NCBI GenBank assembly: GCA_963796955.1 | Contig: CAWCNJ010000004.1 | Coordinates: 128,001-192,000 of the forward strand | DNA from: Endomicrobiales bacterium | GTDB lineage: Bacteria > Elusimicrobiota > Endomicrobiia > Endomicrobiales > JALOBY01 | Direction: 5' to 3' | Length of the DNA stretch: 64,000 bases | In this document: positions 1 to 15,000 of the stretch, in pieces | How the letters are laid out: every line of letters begins with the position of its first letter | Numbering within the stretch: position 1 is the first letter of the stretch | Position numbers and translations under genes: made by a program | Notes under the pieces: model-generated | Seen by the model: the letters and a program-made list of their open reading frames with translations, nothing else | Database searches by the model: none | What the model was told of the DNA's origin: nothing

Positions 1-3000
1 GAAAGTTCAGGTCGCTGTAGTGCAGGGCGCAAATTTCTGGGATCAGGATGCCAATGTTTTCTCAGCCGGCGCTAAATGGTACGATGCTGCCGGGACGAAC
101 AACTGGACCTGGTCCGACCCGGACCTTGTCTGGGTAGACGGCACGGCCTACGAAGTCCGCGCACGCGCGATCGATAATGCGGCTAATATCCAGCCGGTAG
201 TTGCGGCATACGATTTTACCTATGATTCCGTGCTGGCTTCAGCTACGATCACTGCCCCAATAGATGGGCATGCGTATAACGGTGTTGCCTCCATCGCTGG
301 TACGGCAAGCGATTCGATCGCGGGCCTCAAGCGTGTTGAAGTTGTAATGCGTGACCTGGGAGCCTTCGGATCGGACGGTTTCTGGAACCCTGCCACCGGT
401 AACTTTGACCAGACATATACGGCGGCTTCCTGGGGAGTTGCTGCGGGTCTGGCAAACTGGACCTTAAGCAGTTCTTCTTTCACCCTGGTTACGGGCCACA
501 GCTACCGCGCGATAGCCCGCGCCATCGACAACGCCGATAATACGCCGGCGGATCCCATATGGACGGGTGTGTGGGGAACAACGTTCCGCTTCGACAACCA
601 GCGGCCTGTTTCTCTTACCACATCACCGGTTGACGGCGGTTTCTATAACTACGATTTCACCGGCATTTATGGTACTGCCAACGATACGCCTTATGGCAAC
701 AGCGGACTGGCATTTGTTAAATATGCCATTCAGGATTCCAACGGTAAATGGTACGATGGTACCACTAACTGGACAGCCAGTTCGTTCCCCGGATGGGACA
801 ACACTTCGTTAGTTGACGGTAACCCCGGCACCTGGAGCAAGACACTGAACGCATCGCCCTGGAAGGATGGCTACAAGTACTCAATTACGGCCTATGCCCA
901 GGACAACGCCTCTAACGCCGAAATTGCATTCTCTACCATTACCTTCATGTTCGATAAGACCGCCCCTGTTTCCCAGGTGAACCTGCCGGTAAACAACAAA
1001 CAGTATAATTCTCTTACCTATGTATGGGGCGCTTCTACCGATACTACCGTATCGGCGGGCGGTCAAACATCAGGCGTACAATCAGTAGGACTGCGCGTTA
1101 AACGCGAATCCGACGGGTGGTATTTAAACAACAGCGGTGTCTGGCAAAGCGGCGTGCCTGCTGCTCTACCGCAATGCACGCTTGGTGTATCTAGTTTTAC
1201 GTTCACGGCACTGGATTCTTACTGGACCGATAACACCAGCTATACGGTAACCGCCCTTGCAACTGACCGTGCCGGCAATGCGGCTTACGGCCAGTCATCC
1301 TATTTCGTTTTTGACGCGTCGGCGCCTGTGTCTGCGATCACCTTGCCTGCGACCGATGGTCAGGTCATGACAACCCTTGCATCCATAGCCGGCGGCTCGC
1401 AAGATCTTGTTGCCGGCGGCCTTGGACAGGTGGCAGCGGTCAGCATTCGCATTCAGCGCGTTACGGTAAACGACTCTAAAGTTATGGACGGTTCCTGGTG
1501 TAACGGCCCCGGCTGGGATAGTAACTCTAACAACTGGCTGCCTGCCGTATGGAACGGCGGCGCCGGAACCTGGAGCTATTCAACTTCCAATATAGCTTTT
1601 GACTACAACGGCGGCTACCGCGTGGACGTGCGCGCAATGGACGTTGCCGGTAACTACGAATCTGTTTTCCCGACCCGCACCTTTATTTTCCGTCCGCCGG
1701 CTTCCGTTACTACGGTAAGTACGCCGGTGCACGCGAGCTTCTATAAGACGGTGGGTTCCCTTACCGGCACCGGCAACGATCAAACCAGGACGCTGCTGAC
1801 AAGCATTCAAAGAATGTCGGACGGTGCTTTCTACGACGGTTCCAGCTCTTCATGGACGGTGGTTTACGCGACGGGCGTTTGGCTGAACATCGTGCCGTCG
1901 TCACCTTCATGGTCCATGACGCTGCCGGAGTCCTTGTGGGTCAGCGGTTCTTCTTACACGGTTCGCTCACGGGGTTTATCGGTCTGGAATATCTGGGAGA
2001 ACAGTTCGCTGATAACACCGCCGGCTGCCAATGCCGTTACTTTCACGGTCGATACCGTTGAGCCGCTATCAGCTGTTTCGCAGCCGGCCAACAACGGATA
2101 TTATAATTCGCTGACAACGCTCTCCGGCACGGGCACGGACGCGACCTCCGGCGTTAAGACCGTAGAAGTGCTGATCAAGTCCGGATTGCAGTATTTCAAT
2201 ATCAATACTTCCGCCTGGACCGGTGTTGAAACCTGGAACCCGGCCTCATATGCGAATGGCAATTGGCAGTCTATCCTCTTGTCCAGCTGCGCTGCCGCGG
2301 CCTGGGCGGACGGCACCACGTATCTGGTGAAGTCCCGCGCCAGCGACAACACCCTGCCGCTGCCGGGTAATCAGGAAAACAGCGGCTCGGGTAACGCCGG
2401 GGTAAGTTTTACCTACGATCTTTCACTCCCGACGGCAACGATCACAGCTCCGGCCAGCGGTCAGCCGGTTTATAAGACGCTGACGTTCTTATCCGGACAA
2501 ATGTTGGATAACGCTCCTCAGACGGTGCAGGTTATGGTGCAGCAGCTTAATCCTTCCAGCTACTGGACGGGATCCGGCTGGCAGGCAAGCCCTGCGGTTT
2601 GGATCTCTTCGGGCGCCGGCTCGCCGCTGGCGGTGTATCAGTCTTCCTGGGTGTTAACCTCTCCCGTATGGACGAGCGCCAAAAAGTACATTATTTCAGT
2701 CAAAGCGCGCGATAAAGCGGGCAACTGGCAGAGCGGTTTTGCCGTAGGCACGAGCTCGAATTCTTTCATTATCGACCAGGACGCGCCGGCGGCCGTTGTC
2801 GCATCTCCTGCCCCGAACGGTATCTATAATGCGTCTCTCACCGCGATCACCGGTACCGCGCTGGATCCGTTCGCGCCGAACAACATCGGCATGTCACTGG
2901 GCAACCGCGTGAAATTGGTCATTAAGGATACGGACGATAACACGTACTGGAACGGTTCAGCCTGGTCGGTGAGCGTTTCAACGGTATACGCTACCAATGA

Positions 3001-6000
3001 TTCCGGCGACTGGACCGCTTGGCATTACCCGATCGCCTCCTGGATAAGCGACCGCAACTACACTGTTCAAGCCTGGGCGATAGATGACCTGGATAACGAA
3101 CAAACGGTTCCCGCGGGCTTCAGTATGGTCGTTGATACAACGCCGCCGGTAAGCTCGATAGATTATCCTGCTAATAACCAGATATTCAATTCCCTGCCGA
3201 CCCTTTCGGGTTCGGCGAACGCACAGCTTTCGGGCCTGTCCGGGCTTGACGTGCGCATCAGCTCCTGGACGGGCGCCGGCTGGTCCGTGCTGCCGGCTTA
3301 CAATTTTGTTCCTGCGACTATCTATCAGACCAGCTGGACCTTTACTGGTATAGCGGGCCTGGTAAGCGGCGTTACGTATCAGGCCGTAGCCCGTGCAAAA
3401 GACAATGCCGGTAACTATGATGTTAAGTTGTCTACGGTCAGTTTTGTATTTTTCACCGGCGCACCCACGGTCGTTATCGGCCAGCCCCTGTCCGGCGCTT
3501 TCTATGGGCCGGCGTACACCGTGCCGCTCAGCTCCGGTACCGCGACAGATCCTTTCGGCGTCAACCGGGTTGAGATAAGCATTTCACGCAATGATGGTAA
3601 GTATTGGAACCGTCCCAACAGCTGGGTAGTCCAGAGCAGCTGGCAGGTAACATCCGGCACGCTGCTGTGGTCTATCGCCAATCCCGCGTTCGAAGACGGC
3701 TACGTATACACCTTGTCAGCGCAGGCCACCAACACCGCGGGCAATACCTCGATCCCGGTCACTAAAACATTTACCTATGATAGTAATGTGCCAACGGTCT
3801 CCCTGCAAACACCTTCAACCTCGTACTATCATTCATTACCGAATATTTCAGGGACGGCTGCAGACCCTGCGGGCACCATTGGTACGAACCGTTCCGGACT
3901 TGGGCATGTGGATGTCGCGATACAGAACGACCCCGACTTCAACGGTAAATTCTGGAACCCGATCACGCATAGCTGGAACCTGGATACGCTGGGAACAGCC
4001 TGGTTCAATGCTACCGGCGATCTTGCGGGTCTTCCTTCATCTTCATGGAGCGTGCCTGCCGCTTCCACCCCGACCTGGGTAAGCAACCAGAAGTATAACG
4101 TGTCCATACGCTCAGTCGACCAAAGCGGCAACGCTTCCACCGTTATCAGCCAGGCTTTTGTGTATGATACTGATGCCCCGCTGGTTGCCATCTCGCTGCC
4201 AAGCCTGAGCTACTATAATAATCTGCCGACCATTACCGGTTCGGCCTCCGATGCCAATGATAAGGGCGGCGTCACCAATGTCCAGGTACGCATAAAGAAC
4301 TACACATTCACAAAATACTGGAACAATGTAAGCCAGGCTTTCGACATAGATGATACTGATGTCGCGCGTGAATCTTCGTGGTATACGCCGACAAACCAAT
4401 CGGGTACCTGGTCGGTATGGACGGCAACGTTCACCTGGGCCAGCGGATTTAAATATCAAATAGAGGCGCGAGCGCAGGATAATTCCGGCAATTACAGTGT
4501 GGTGTATGCCACGGCGAACTTCCGCTACGATACGCAGGCGCCAACGGCGGCGTTGGGCTTCTCCGGCTCAGGGTAGTTTTGTTCTCTCAATACCGGGCAA
4601 CGCCTTTACGGGAACCGCGCAGGACGTTCCCGCAGTCGCTGTCGGCAACAGCTACGGCGGCGCAGGGGTCTCTCAGATCGAATTCGCGATGCAGAATAAG
4701 TTAACGGGCAAGTGGTGGAACGGCGTTGATTTCAGCGCTTCCGGGGCACAGGCGTTCACCCGGCGCCATTCCCGGCGAGCCGATAGCCTGGAACTTTGCG
4801 GCCATGTCACTGACCAGCGGTGCCAGCTACTATATCACTCTGCGAACTCATGATAATGCCACCAATGTTCAGGACTTTATGGTAAATGGCGGCACGTTCA
4901 CTTTTGACACACGCCGCGGTATCAACTATTACGCTTGTTGGTGCTTCGTTCAGTTCACTTAACACTATTTCCGGAACGGCGGTAGATTATCCTGGTAATG
5001 CGGGCGGCCAGGCCGCCGGTGTAGGCTCGGTCGGGCTCTCGGTTTTGCGAGTAAGCGACGGCTACTACTGGACGGGCACCGCTGATCTGTGGGCATCTGC
5101 CACGTACTACGCCACCATGTCCGGCACCAATAACTGGCAAAGCGTAACGCTGCCGCCCTGGGCCAGCGGTGAGAAATACCGACTCCAGAGCAAGAGCTGG
5201 GATAACGCCCTGCCTGCGCCCGGTAACGACGAACAGATACTGTGCACCCGCTATTTTGTGTTCGATTCCAGCGCGCCGAGCATTGCGGTAAGCGGCCCGG
5301 TGAACGGGAAGATCTACAGCACACTGAGCACCATAACCGGCTCGGCGCAGGAATATCCGCTGGCTAACAATTCGGGGCTTAACAGAATAGACCTGAACCT
5401 GGCGGATAATACGAACGGTATGTGCTGGACAGGTTCAAGCTGGACGGTAACAGCGCAGTGGAACAGCATACCTCTCAGCGGCTCGGCGGCAAATTGGCAA
5501 TACAACTCTCTCGGCAGCGCCTTTACCAGCGGCCATACGTATACCGCCACCCTGCGCGCCTATGACACGCTCGGCAATACCCTGGCCCAGCCGACGGTAG
5601 TGAATTTTACCTTCGACAATACGCCGCCGGTTTCATTCGTGACCATCCCGGCCGAGAACATAGGCTACAATTCAACTACGCAGGTGCTCTCCACTGTATC
5701 GGGAACCGCGATGGATGTTACCGCGGGTGTAACATCGGTGAATGTATCCATCAAGGTCAATGATTACCCATCATTCGGCAATTATCGCTGGTGGAATGCA
5801 TCCCTTTCTACCTTCTCAGCCACCAGTGAAATGTGGAACCCGGCCCAGATATATGCGGTTAACGGTGCGACCTCTTCGTGGCGCCTAATTATCTCATCTA
5901 TGTCTTGGTTGTCTCCCTACACCTACGTTATCAGAACACAGGCGGCCGACCTTACCGATTTCACATCGAATGTCGAATCGTCTCTGCCGCAGCGCAATTT

Positions 6001-9000
6001 CAGCGTCGATTCAACGCTGCCGAACTCAACGGTCGGTTATCCGGTAAACGGCGCAAGCTATGTGACACTTGCCTCTATCACAGGAACAGCGGAAGCGATA
6101 CCTTCCGGGATAGCTTCCATGCAGATACGTATATCTGCAGAAGCGGCCGGCAGCGCTCCGTCCAATAAAGACTGGGGCGGCGTGGCGGCGGGCTGGGTGG
6201 CGCAGCCTAACTGGGTATCCTGCAGTGTGACAGCCTTTGCTACTTCAGCGACCTGGACATACAGCGATATACCCGCGAATTGGCCTACCAGCGCACATTA
6301 TTATCAGATACAATCAAGGGCTACTTCCCGAGCCCAGAACATTGAAGTACCCACTGTCGTTACCCGTTTCTCGGCGGATAACCAGCCGCCCGCAGCGTAC
6401 ATAGGCGTGCCGGCGAACGGCACGGGTTACAATAATTCCACCAAGCCCATCACCTCTATCACCGGTACAGCTACGGATGATTTTTCCGGTATAAATAATA
6501 TTTATGTACGTGTGCAGGATATGTATACGGGCATGTATTTCGATGGCACGGACTTTGAACAGGCGAACGGCACTCTGCCCAGCGTCTGGCTCCTTGCCTA
6601 CAGCACGAATGTGGCGAATGTGCTGGGGCCGCAGACATGGAACTATAACGAAACCCTGAACTATAAGAGCGGGCGTGCGTATAACGTGGTCGTAAGGCCA
6701 GACGATAAAGCCGGCAACGTACTGACAAATTTTGTGGTTGGAACAGCAAGCAATACGTTCTCGTATGATATTGAACCGCCTACTTCGACGGTGCTTATGC
6801 CCTACGGTAACGGGTTGTATTTCAGCAGTATGACGGTGATCTCCGGCACCGCCCAGGACCTTACGGCGACCGGTGTGATAACCTCGGGCGTGGCAAAAGA
6901 TTATCTTACCGTTTCGTATCTTTCCGGCGGCGCGACCTACTATTGGACCGGTGACAACATAACGTATGGCGCCTGGTGGAGTTCTTCAACGTATCCAGCG
7001 AACGGCGTGCAGTGCGCGGGAACAACCAGCTGGAACTATACGCACGCCAAATTCGTAGACGGCTCCGCCTGGACCCCCGGCGTAACCTACACCGTTAACC
7101 TTAAGGCCGTTGACAACGCCGACAACATTCAAAACCCGGGTTACACCACCACCTTCATGTTCGATAATGTTAAGCCGCTGGCGACTATCGGTTCACCGCT
7201 GGGAGGCGCCTATAAGGATCTGGATGTTATTAACGGCACGGCCTATGACCAGCATAGTAAGATAAGTGCTGTGCAGCTGTGTGTTAACCTTAACGGTACC
7301 ACCTGGTATTGGGACGGCGGTGCCTGGATCACCAGCCTGACCGATGTGTACTTTACCGTCGGTTCCTACAACCAGCAGACGGTTGCCTGGTCGTACACCG
7401 TACCAACGCCGGTCACTACCTGGGCGGACGGTAAAATTTATATTCTGAAAGCCCGCTCCATTGACGCGGCAATGAACGTCGGCGATCAGTCCGATGCGGC
7501 TGCATTCACCAGCGACCGGAGCGCGCCGGTATCAGCCTTGCAATATCCCAAAGACGGATTGTTCTATAAGAACATTACTATAATCAGCGGCACCGCCCAG
7601 GACTTCCCTGCGTCACCGCTTAACCATGCCGACATCGGTGCTAATACCGCGAACGTAGTGGTTACCATACAGGATGCCTCCAGCGGCCAGTATTGGGTCG
7701 GCGGGCCTACCTGGAGCGTTAACTTCAGTTCTCACGCGGTCGATTCAATACTGTTCGGCGGCGGGGTGTTCAACTGGTCGTTGTCCGCGCTGCCGGTGTT
7801 TGCCAATAACTCTTCTTATCGCATCAATGTTATAGCGCGCGACCAGGTGCTGAATGTTCAGAACTGGGAAAACTTCGGCAGCAAGCCCGGCGTATTGATC
7901 GGCATAGATTCGCTGAACCCGCAGGTGCAGGTAAGCGTGCCGCAAAACGGTCAGGTTTACCAGTCCCTTGCGGCTATCACCGGGACGGCGGTAGACGTGG
8001 GGCCGGCCGGTGTTGCTCAGGTTCAGATCGGCGTCAAGGATGTCTCCGGCGAATATTGGAGCGATATTTCACACAGCTGGCAGAGCCCTGCGGGCATTCT
8101 GTGGAATGTGCTGTCAACAACTTCTCCCTGGACAGATTCGGATATTAATGATCATAATGGTTGGGTCAGCGGTAATTCCTATACGCTCTACGCGCGGGCG
8201 CTGGATAACGCCGGTAACCTTTGCGAATGGACGACAACCACCTTCCAGCTTGACTGGGTGCCGCCAATGTCCCAACCTCAAGTGCCAGCCGCTAATGACT
8301 GCCGCAACAGCGCGATCACCACGATAACCGGTACAGCCCAGGATACGGTGCCCGGCACCGGTGTCAGCGAAGTTCGTTTCCGCATCCAGCGTTCTGACGG
8401 CCAGTGGTTTACGGGACTCTCGTTCGGTTCCAGCGACCCGGTATGGGTCGGCGGCGTAACGCTTACACCCGGAACACCCTATACCTGGCAAAAAGATGTA
8501 TCAGGTATATTCCAGGCGGGTTACAGCTATAGCTTTAACAGCCGGGCACGCGACCTGGTGAACATGCCGGTAGACAATAACTGGGAAGTAGCGTTCACCA
8601 CACACACCTACATTTTTGATACTGCAGCGCCGGTCTCCGCTGTTACCATGCCGGGCAACAATACATGGCGCAATACCCTGCCGGTAATTTCAGGAACAAT
8701 GATAGACCCGGCGCAGGTGGGTTCGGGTGCCGCGCCCTCGGGCGTCGTCAGCGTGGAAGTCTCCATTCAAAGGATGAGCGATAACCTTTACTGGAATAAC
8801 AGCGGCTTTGCGACCGCGGTCTCAAGCTTTATGGCGGCAGCGGTATGGAATTCTTCCTGGACCTATAATTTCAGCGACAGTTACTGGACTACCAACACCT
8901 CTTACACCGTGATTTGTCGCGCTTCCGACCGCGCCGGTAATCTGGCATGGGGCACAACCAACTACTTTATTTTTGATACAACCGCCCCGGTCTCGGCTGT

Positions 9001-12000
9001 TGCCCTGCCGGCCGGCACCCCGGGCCAGTACCCGACCGTTACCCAGATGCCGACATTTACCGGTACGGCTTCCGATACACAGCCGGGCAGCATAAATCGC
9101 GTGCAGGTACAGATAAAACATCCGGGCTCGCCTGATACCTACTGGGACAACACCGTATGGGGCGGCGCGACCTGGCTTGATGGCGCCATCTATAATCCTA
9201 TTACGGGTGTGTGGACGTATAATACGGGTAGTGTCACCTGGTTCCCGGATCCGGGCAACGTCGGCCAGAATTACGAAGTGCGTTCACGCGCCATAGACCA
9301 GGCTGGCAATGTGCAAGGTGTTATTGCCTCTGAGGGCACGTTCATGCTTGTCCCGCCCAAGCCGCATTCTACTATAACAACTATCGTTAACGGCGCTTCC
9401 TACCAGACGCTGGGTTCTATCGGCGGCACCGCTTCACAGGCGAGCCTCGGCATAGCGGAAACCGCGAACGTTCAAATACTCATACAGCGGCTCTCAGATA
9501 ATAAGTATTACAATACGATCTCAACATCAACGGTCGGCTACTGGGTTTCGCAAACCAGCTGGATGGTAACTAACACAAGCCTTCCGACCTGGTCTTATTC
9601 CATTGAACCTTCAACGTTCTCGCACAATATACAATATAAAGTGTTGACAAGGGCGATAAGCATCGACGGAGTTCCGGAATGGAACCCGGCGCCCTACGGC
9701 AGCGACACCGTGCCGCCGGTCCCGAACTCATCCGTCAGTTTCTGGATAGACAGCCAGGCGCCTCTGCTTGCCATAGTCAAGCCGCAGTCTAATTTTGACA
9801 ATTCTACAACGGTAATTTCCGGCACCGCCCAGGATGTGCCGGCCGGGATAAACCATATTCAGATATCCGTGATGCGCAACAGTGATAACAAATTTTGGAA
9901 AACCTCCGATAACTCCTGGAACGTCGGCCAGGTGATGAACTCTACTTCTACCTGGGACGGCACGGTCTGGACCATGAACCTGCCGGTATCGCCCTGGATA
10001 GACGGCAACCAGTATCAGATAATTGCAAGCGCCTATGATAACGTGGTGCCGGTATCAAATCAAAGCAATGCGACTACCAATTTCGTTTACGATGTTTCAT
10101 ATCCGACGGCAACTATCACCTCTCCCGCGCACAAGAGCATTATTTCGGCGGTAGACACCATGAGCGGCGCCGCGATGGATACGGCCCCCGGGCAGCTGCA
10201 GCAGGTGGACGTGCTTATTCAGCGCGCCGACGGCCGTTACTGGAAAGATGATATAGCCGACCAGGGCTGGAAACTGACGCCCGCCTGGAATGCTACCACG
10301 CTCTATACCTCCAGCTGGACCTGGGTAAAACCCGCCGCCCTTTCCTGGAACGGGAATACCACTTATTACATTACGGCGCGCGCCCTTGACAAGGCCGGCA
10401 ACCAGCAGAATAATTTCATTCTGGGTTCCTCGTCGATAACGATCTACGACGACTTGATCGCTCCTACTATCACCATGACCTATCCGGCGAATAATACAGC
10501 CATAAACCCCGGCGCTTCCTTTAACTTTACCGGCAGTATTATTGATAACCTCGCCGGAGGTGCGACGGTGGAAATGTTGTTCAGCCGTTTCAATAGTAAT
10601 GGAACGACCGATTATTGGACGGGCGCCGCGTGGTCCGCTTCCAGCACCACCTTCCGGGCGGAAGAGCTCGGCTTGCCGGGCCTTACCCGTTCCTGGTCGG
10701 AACCCTTTGTGGCCGCCAATTGGCTTTCAGATATGCGCTACAATATTAAAGTGCGCGGTATCGACGATGCAAAACCCGTGGGCAATACCGGCGCCTGGCA
10801 TAATGGCGGGCTTGGCTATGATTTCGTGATTGACACGACTCCGCCCAACTCGCAGGTGAATATGCCGGTTGACGGGACAACCTACCGCTCCATGACGCAG
10901 ATATCCGGCACTGCCAACGCCGATATGGCCGGCGTCGCTTCGGTGGGAATAACCATTCAACGTATCGCCGGTATAAACAATGACGGGCACTATTGGAGCC
11001 ACTTTACAAACCAGTGGGTAGTTGGCTCTACGCTGTGCCCTGCGAACGTAGTGCAGGGAACGGGTACCAAATCCTGGACGTATAACATCGCCGACAGCAA
11101 CTGGACCAGCGGCACGCAGTACCGCATTGTCAGCCAGGTGATCGACCTTGCGGGCAAAGCCGATATCACGTTCAGCACTGCAACATTCGTATTTGATAAT
11201 ACCGTCCCGCAGGTTACGGTGCAAACCCCCTCATTACCGTTCTACGGACCAAGCCGCCTGCTGAATACTATTTCCGGAACCGCCCTGGATGATCCCGCAG
11301 CCGGTCTTACCGCCGGGATCGACAAGGTGTACGTACGCATTAAGCAGGGCGCCAACCAATACTGGTCCGGCAGCGGCTGGGTCGCTTCGTCAAGCTGGGT
11401 GGTGGTTGCCGGCGGCAACAGCTGGACGTATCCCGCGCCTGTCTGGACCGACGGCGTAAGCTATGTAGTGAATGCCCGCGCGGTAGACCTTGTCGGCAAC
11501 CTTTCAGGGTGGACGACTGCCAGCTTCCTGTGGGATGAAACCATACCTCAGGCAGTATTGCAGCAGCCGGACACGGATTTCGAGGCCGCCCCGCTTTCCA
11601 CACTCTCAGGCACCGCTTACGACCCGGGTGCGGCGAACCAGAAATCGTATTTGGATAAAGTTGAAATAGCCATACAGATCAATCCCTCAGCCAGCGGTAA
11701 CTACTGGAGCGGCAGCAGCTTCAACTCGTCGAGCATTCAGTGGCTGCCTACCAGCGCCAACGGTTTGGCGGATGGCATTGACACCGTTAATCCATGGACC
11801 TTTACCGGTTCCACGCCCACCTGGTCTGACGGTGTGGAATATAGCGTAAGCGTTCATTCAATTGATAAAGCCGGCAACACCTCGTCAGTCGCGTCAAAGA
11901 CGTTCCACTACGATGTGTCTTACCCGACGGCCAGCGTACAGAGCCCGCCCAACGGTTCCATAAATTCAGCGGTGGACAGCATAGGCGGCGCCGTAATGGA

Positions 12001-15000
12001 CAGCGCTCCGGGCCAGTTGCAGTCGGCCGCTGTTGCCATTCAGCGCTACGACGGAAAATATTGGAAGGACGATATAGCCGACCAGGGGTGGAAGGTTTCT
12101 TTGCCTATCTGGAACCCGGTAACGATGTTCGTTTCCAGCTGGACGTGGGTGAAACCGGGGACCCTTGACTGGGGCAACAACGCCACCTATTATATTACCG
12201 CGCGCGCCACGGACCAGGCCGGCAACGTGGAAAATAATTTTGTATTCGGCATTTCGTCGGTCACGTTCTACGCCGACAACCAGGCCCCGTCGGTGAGCAT
12301 GGATTATCCGGCTAATGGTTCAACCATCAGTCCTGTAAATTCATTTAACTTCTCGGGCAACATCCAGGATAACCTTGCCGGCGGCGACTACCGTTGAGCT
12401 GTTGTTCAGCCGTTTCAACAACGACAATACGACCAGCTACTGGAATGGCGGCGCCTGGATGCAGGGCAGTGCGGTAACATTCCGCGCAGACCAGCTGGGC
12501 CTGCCGGGATTGAACCGTTCGTGGGCTTATACCTTTAACGCGGCGAACTGGCAGTCCGATATGCGCTATAACGTAAAGGCGCGCGCCTACGATGATGCCA
12601 AACCCGTCGGGAACATGGGCGGCTGGCATAACGCGGGTCTTGGTTATGATTTCATAATAGATACGACGCCGCCCAACTCCCAGGTGAACATGCCGGTAGA
12701 CGGTTCAACGTATCGTACTATGACACAGATAAGCGGCACGGCTAACGCCGATATGGCCGGTGTCGCATCAGTGGGAATAACCATTCAGCGCATAGCAGGT
12801 ACGGCTCCTGACGGTAATTATTGGAGTAACTATTTAAACAACTGGGTCGGCTACTCCACGTCTTGCCCCGCGAACGTAACGCAAGGACCGGGAACAAAGT
12901 CGTGGACCTACGCTATCGCCGACAGCAACTGGACCAGCGGCACCCGCTATCGCATAGTCAGCCAGGTGCGCGACCTCGCGGGCAACGCCGAAATTTTGAT
13001 GAGCACCGCGACATTCGTGTTCGATAACAGCGCGCCGCAAGTAAGCGTGCAGGCGCCCGTCTCGCCGTTCTATGGGCCAAGCCGCCTGCTGGATACTATC
13101 ACGGGAACCGCCGCCGACAATCCTTCACCGGGCCTTACCGCCGGTGTTGATAAAGTATTTGTGCGTATTAAGCAGGGAGCCAACCAGTACTGGTCCGGTA
13201 CCGGCTGGGTCGCCTCCTCCAGCTGGGTCGTGGTCTCAGGCGGCATAAACTGGACGTATCCGTCACCTGCCTGGGCGGACGGCGCAAGCTATGTTATAAA
13301 TGCCCGGGCCGTAGACCTCGTCGGCAATTTGTCAGGCTGGACGACTTCGACCTTCCTGTGGGACCAGAGCCTGCCGCAGGTGGTCTTGCAACGCCCGGTC
13401 AATGATTTTGAGCCGGCTCCTCTGTCTCTGCTTTCGGGAACGGCATATGACCCCGGTTCAGCCGGTCAGAAATCGTACCTTGACCGGGTGGAAATAGCTA
13501 TTCAGGTGAACCCCGCTACCAACGGTAACTACTGGAGCGGTAGCAGCTTCAACACATCGGATATCCAGTGGCTGCCCACCAGCGCGAATGCGCTTGCGGA
13601 TGGTATCGATACCGTCAATCCCTGGACCTTCACGGGTTCCACGCCCACCTGGTTGTCCGGTACGTCGTATCAGGTAAGCGTTCACTCGGTGGATAAAGCG
13701 AACAACACCTCCACGGCAGCCGCGAAAACATTTATCTTTGATAATATAGCGCCGACCACCAAGCTGACGACGCCGCCGGGAGACGTGCTTACCACCAGGC
13801 AAAACACCATGACGTCCATTATCGGGACGGCGGCGGATACCGCGCCGGGTCTGCTGAACCGCGTTGAGATCCGCATCAAACATACCAGCTCCGGCTATTA
13901 TTGGAACCCCGCGACGCAGGCCTTCGAAGGTTTGGCAGCCGATAGCGCCTGGTTCATAGCGACGACCACGGTGACACCGGCGTACACCGTCTGGAATACC
14001 ACCCAATCGATCACCACTCTTTCCGATGGCACACAGTACCAGATCGTCGCGCGCGCGCTTGATATGGCCGGCAATTACCACGTGGCGTATACCACCGCAA
14101 ATTTTGTGTATGATATCTCTCCCGCCAGATCGTATGTTACGGTGCCCGGGGCCAACAGCACTATGTGCCAGCTGCCTTCGATGTCGGGGACCGCGGTAGA
14201 CGCAGCTGGGGGCTCGGTAACCCTGGTTAAAGTTGCCGTGCGCAACAACCGTAACGGAAAATGGTGGGGCGGTTCAGATTTTACGGAACCAACGCCGCTG
14301 TATCTGGATGCTCTTGGCACGAATCCATGGGGCTTTGACTGCACGGCCGCCGGAATGACCGCCATGCTTTCATCAGGTTCTTCTTATTATATTGTCACCC
14401 AGGCATGGGATAACGCCCTTAACACCGAAGCATATCCGGGGAATGGCCCTGTAACATTTATCTGGGACGTCACCAGCCCCACTTCAACCGTGGTTGTACC
14501 GGTCAATGGTTCCTCATATAATGCGCTGGCGACGATCACCGGCGCCGTCGCCGATGTGCTGCCGTTCGCCGGGGCAACACCGTCCGCGATCAACAAAGTA
14601 CAGGTCGCGGTGCAGGACCTTACCTACCCGACGACCTACTGGAGCTTCGCCACGGGCTGGCTTAATACGGCGCAGTGGAATGACGCCGTAACGTATCAAT
14701 CATCATGGACGTTTGCGAACATACCGCTATGGCAGTCGGGCCGCTTCTACGGTATTCGCTCAAGGGCCTTTGACAGCGCCTTGCCGCTCCCTGGCAATGA
14801 CCAGAATACCCAGTGGCCGCAGAGCAACTACGTTATATTGTTCGATTCCATACCGCCGCAGGCCGCAATGACCTCGCCGGTAAACAACGCGATCACCAAC
14901 ACGCTTCCGCTGCTTACCGGTACCGCTCAGGACCTTCCGTCGGTCAATTCCGGCATAGACAAGATACTGGTTGCGGTTCGCGAGATAGATCCCGTCGGTA

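Noticed and set aside
10088..13735. Diversity-generating retroelement template/variable repeat pair
   Set aside because: Differences are not adenine-specific, the unit is 1.8 kb and in frame, and no reverse transcriptase is present.
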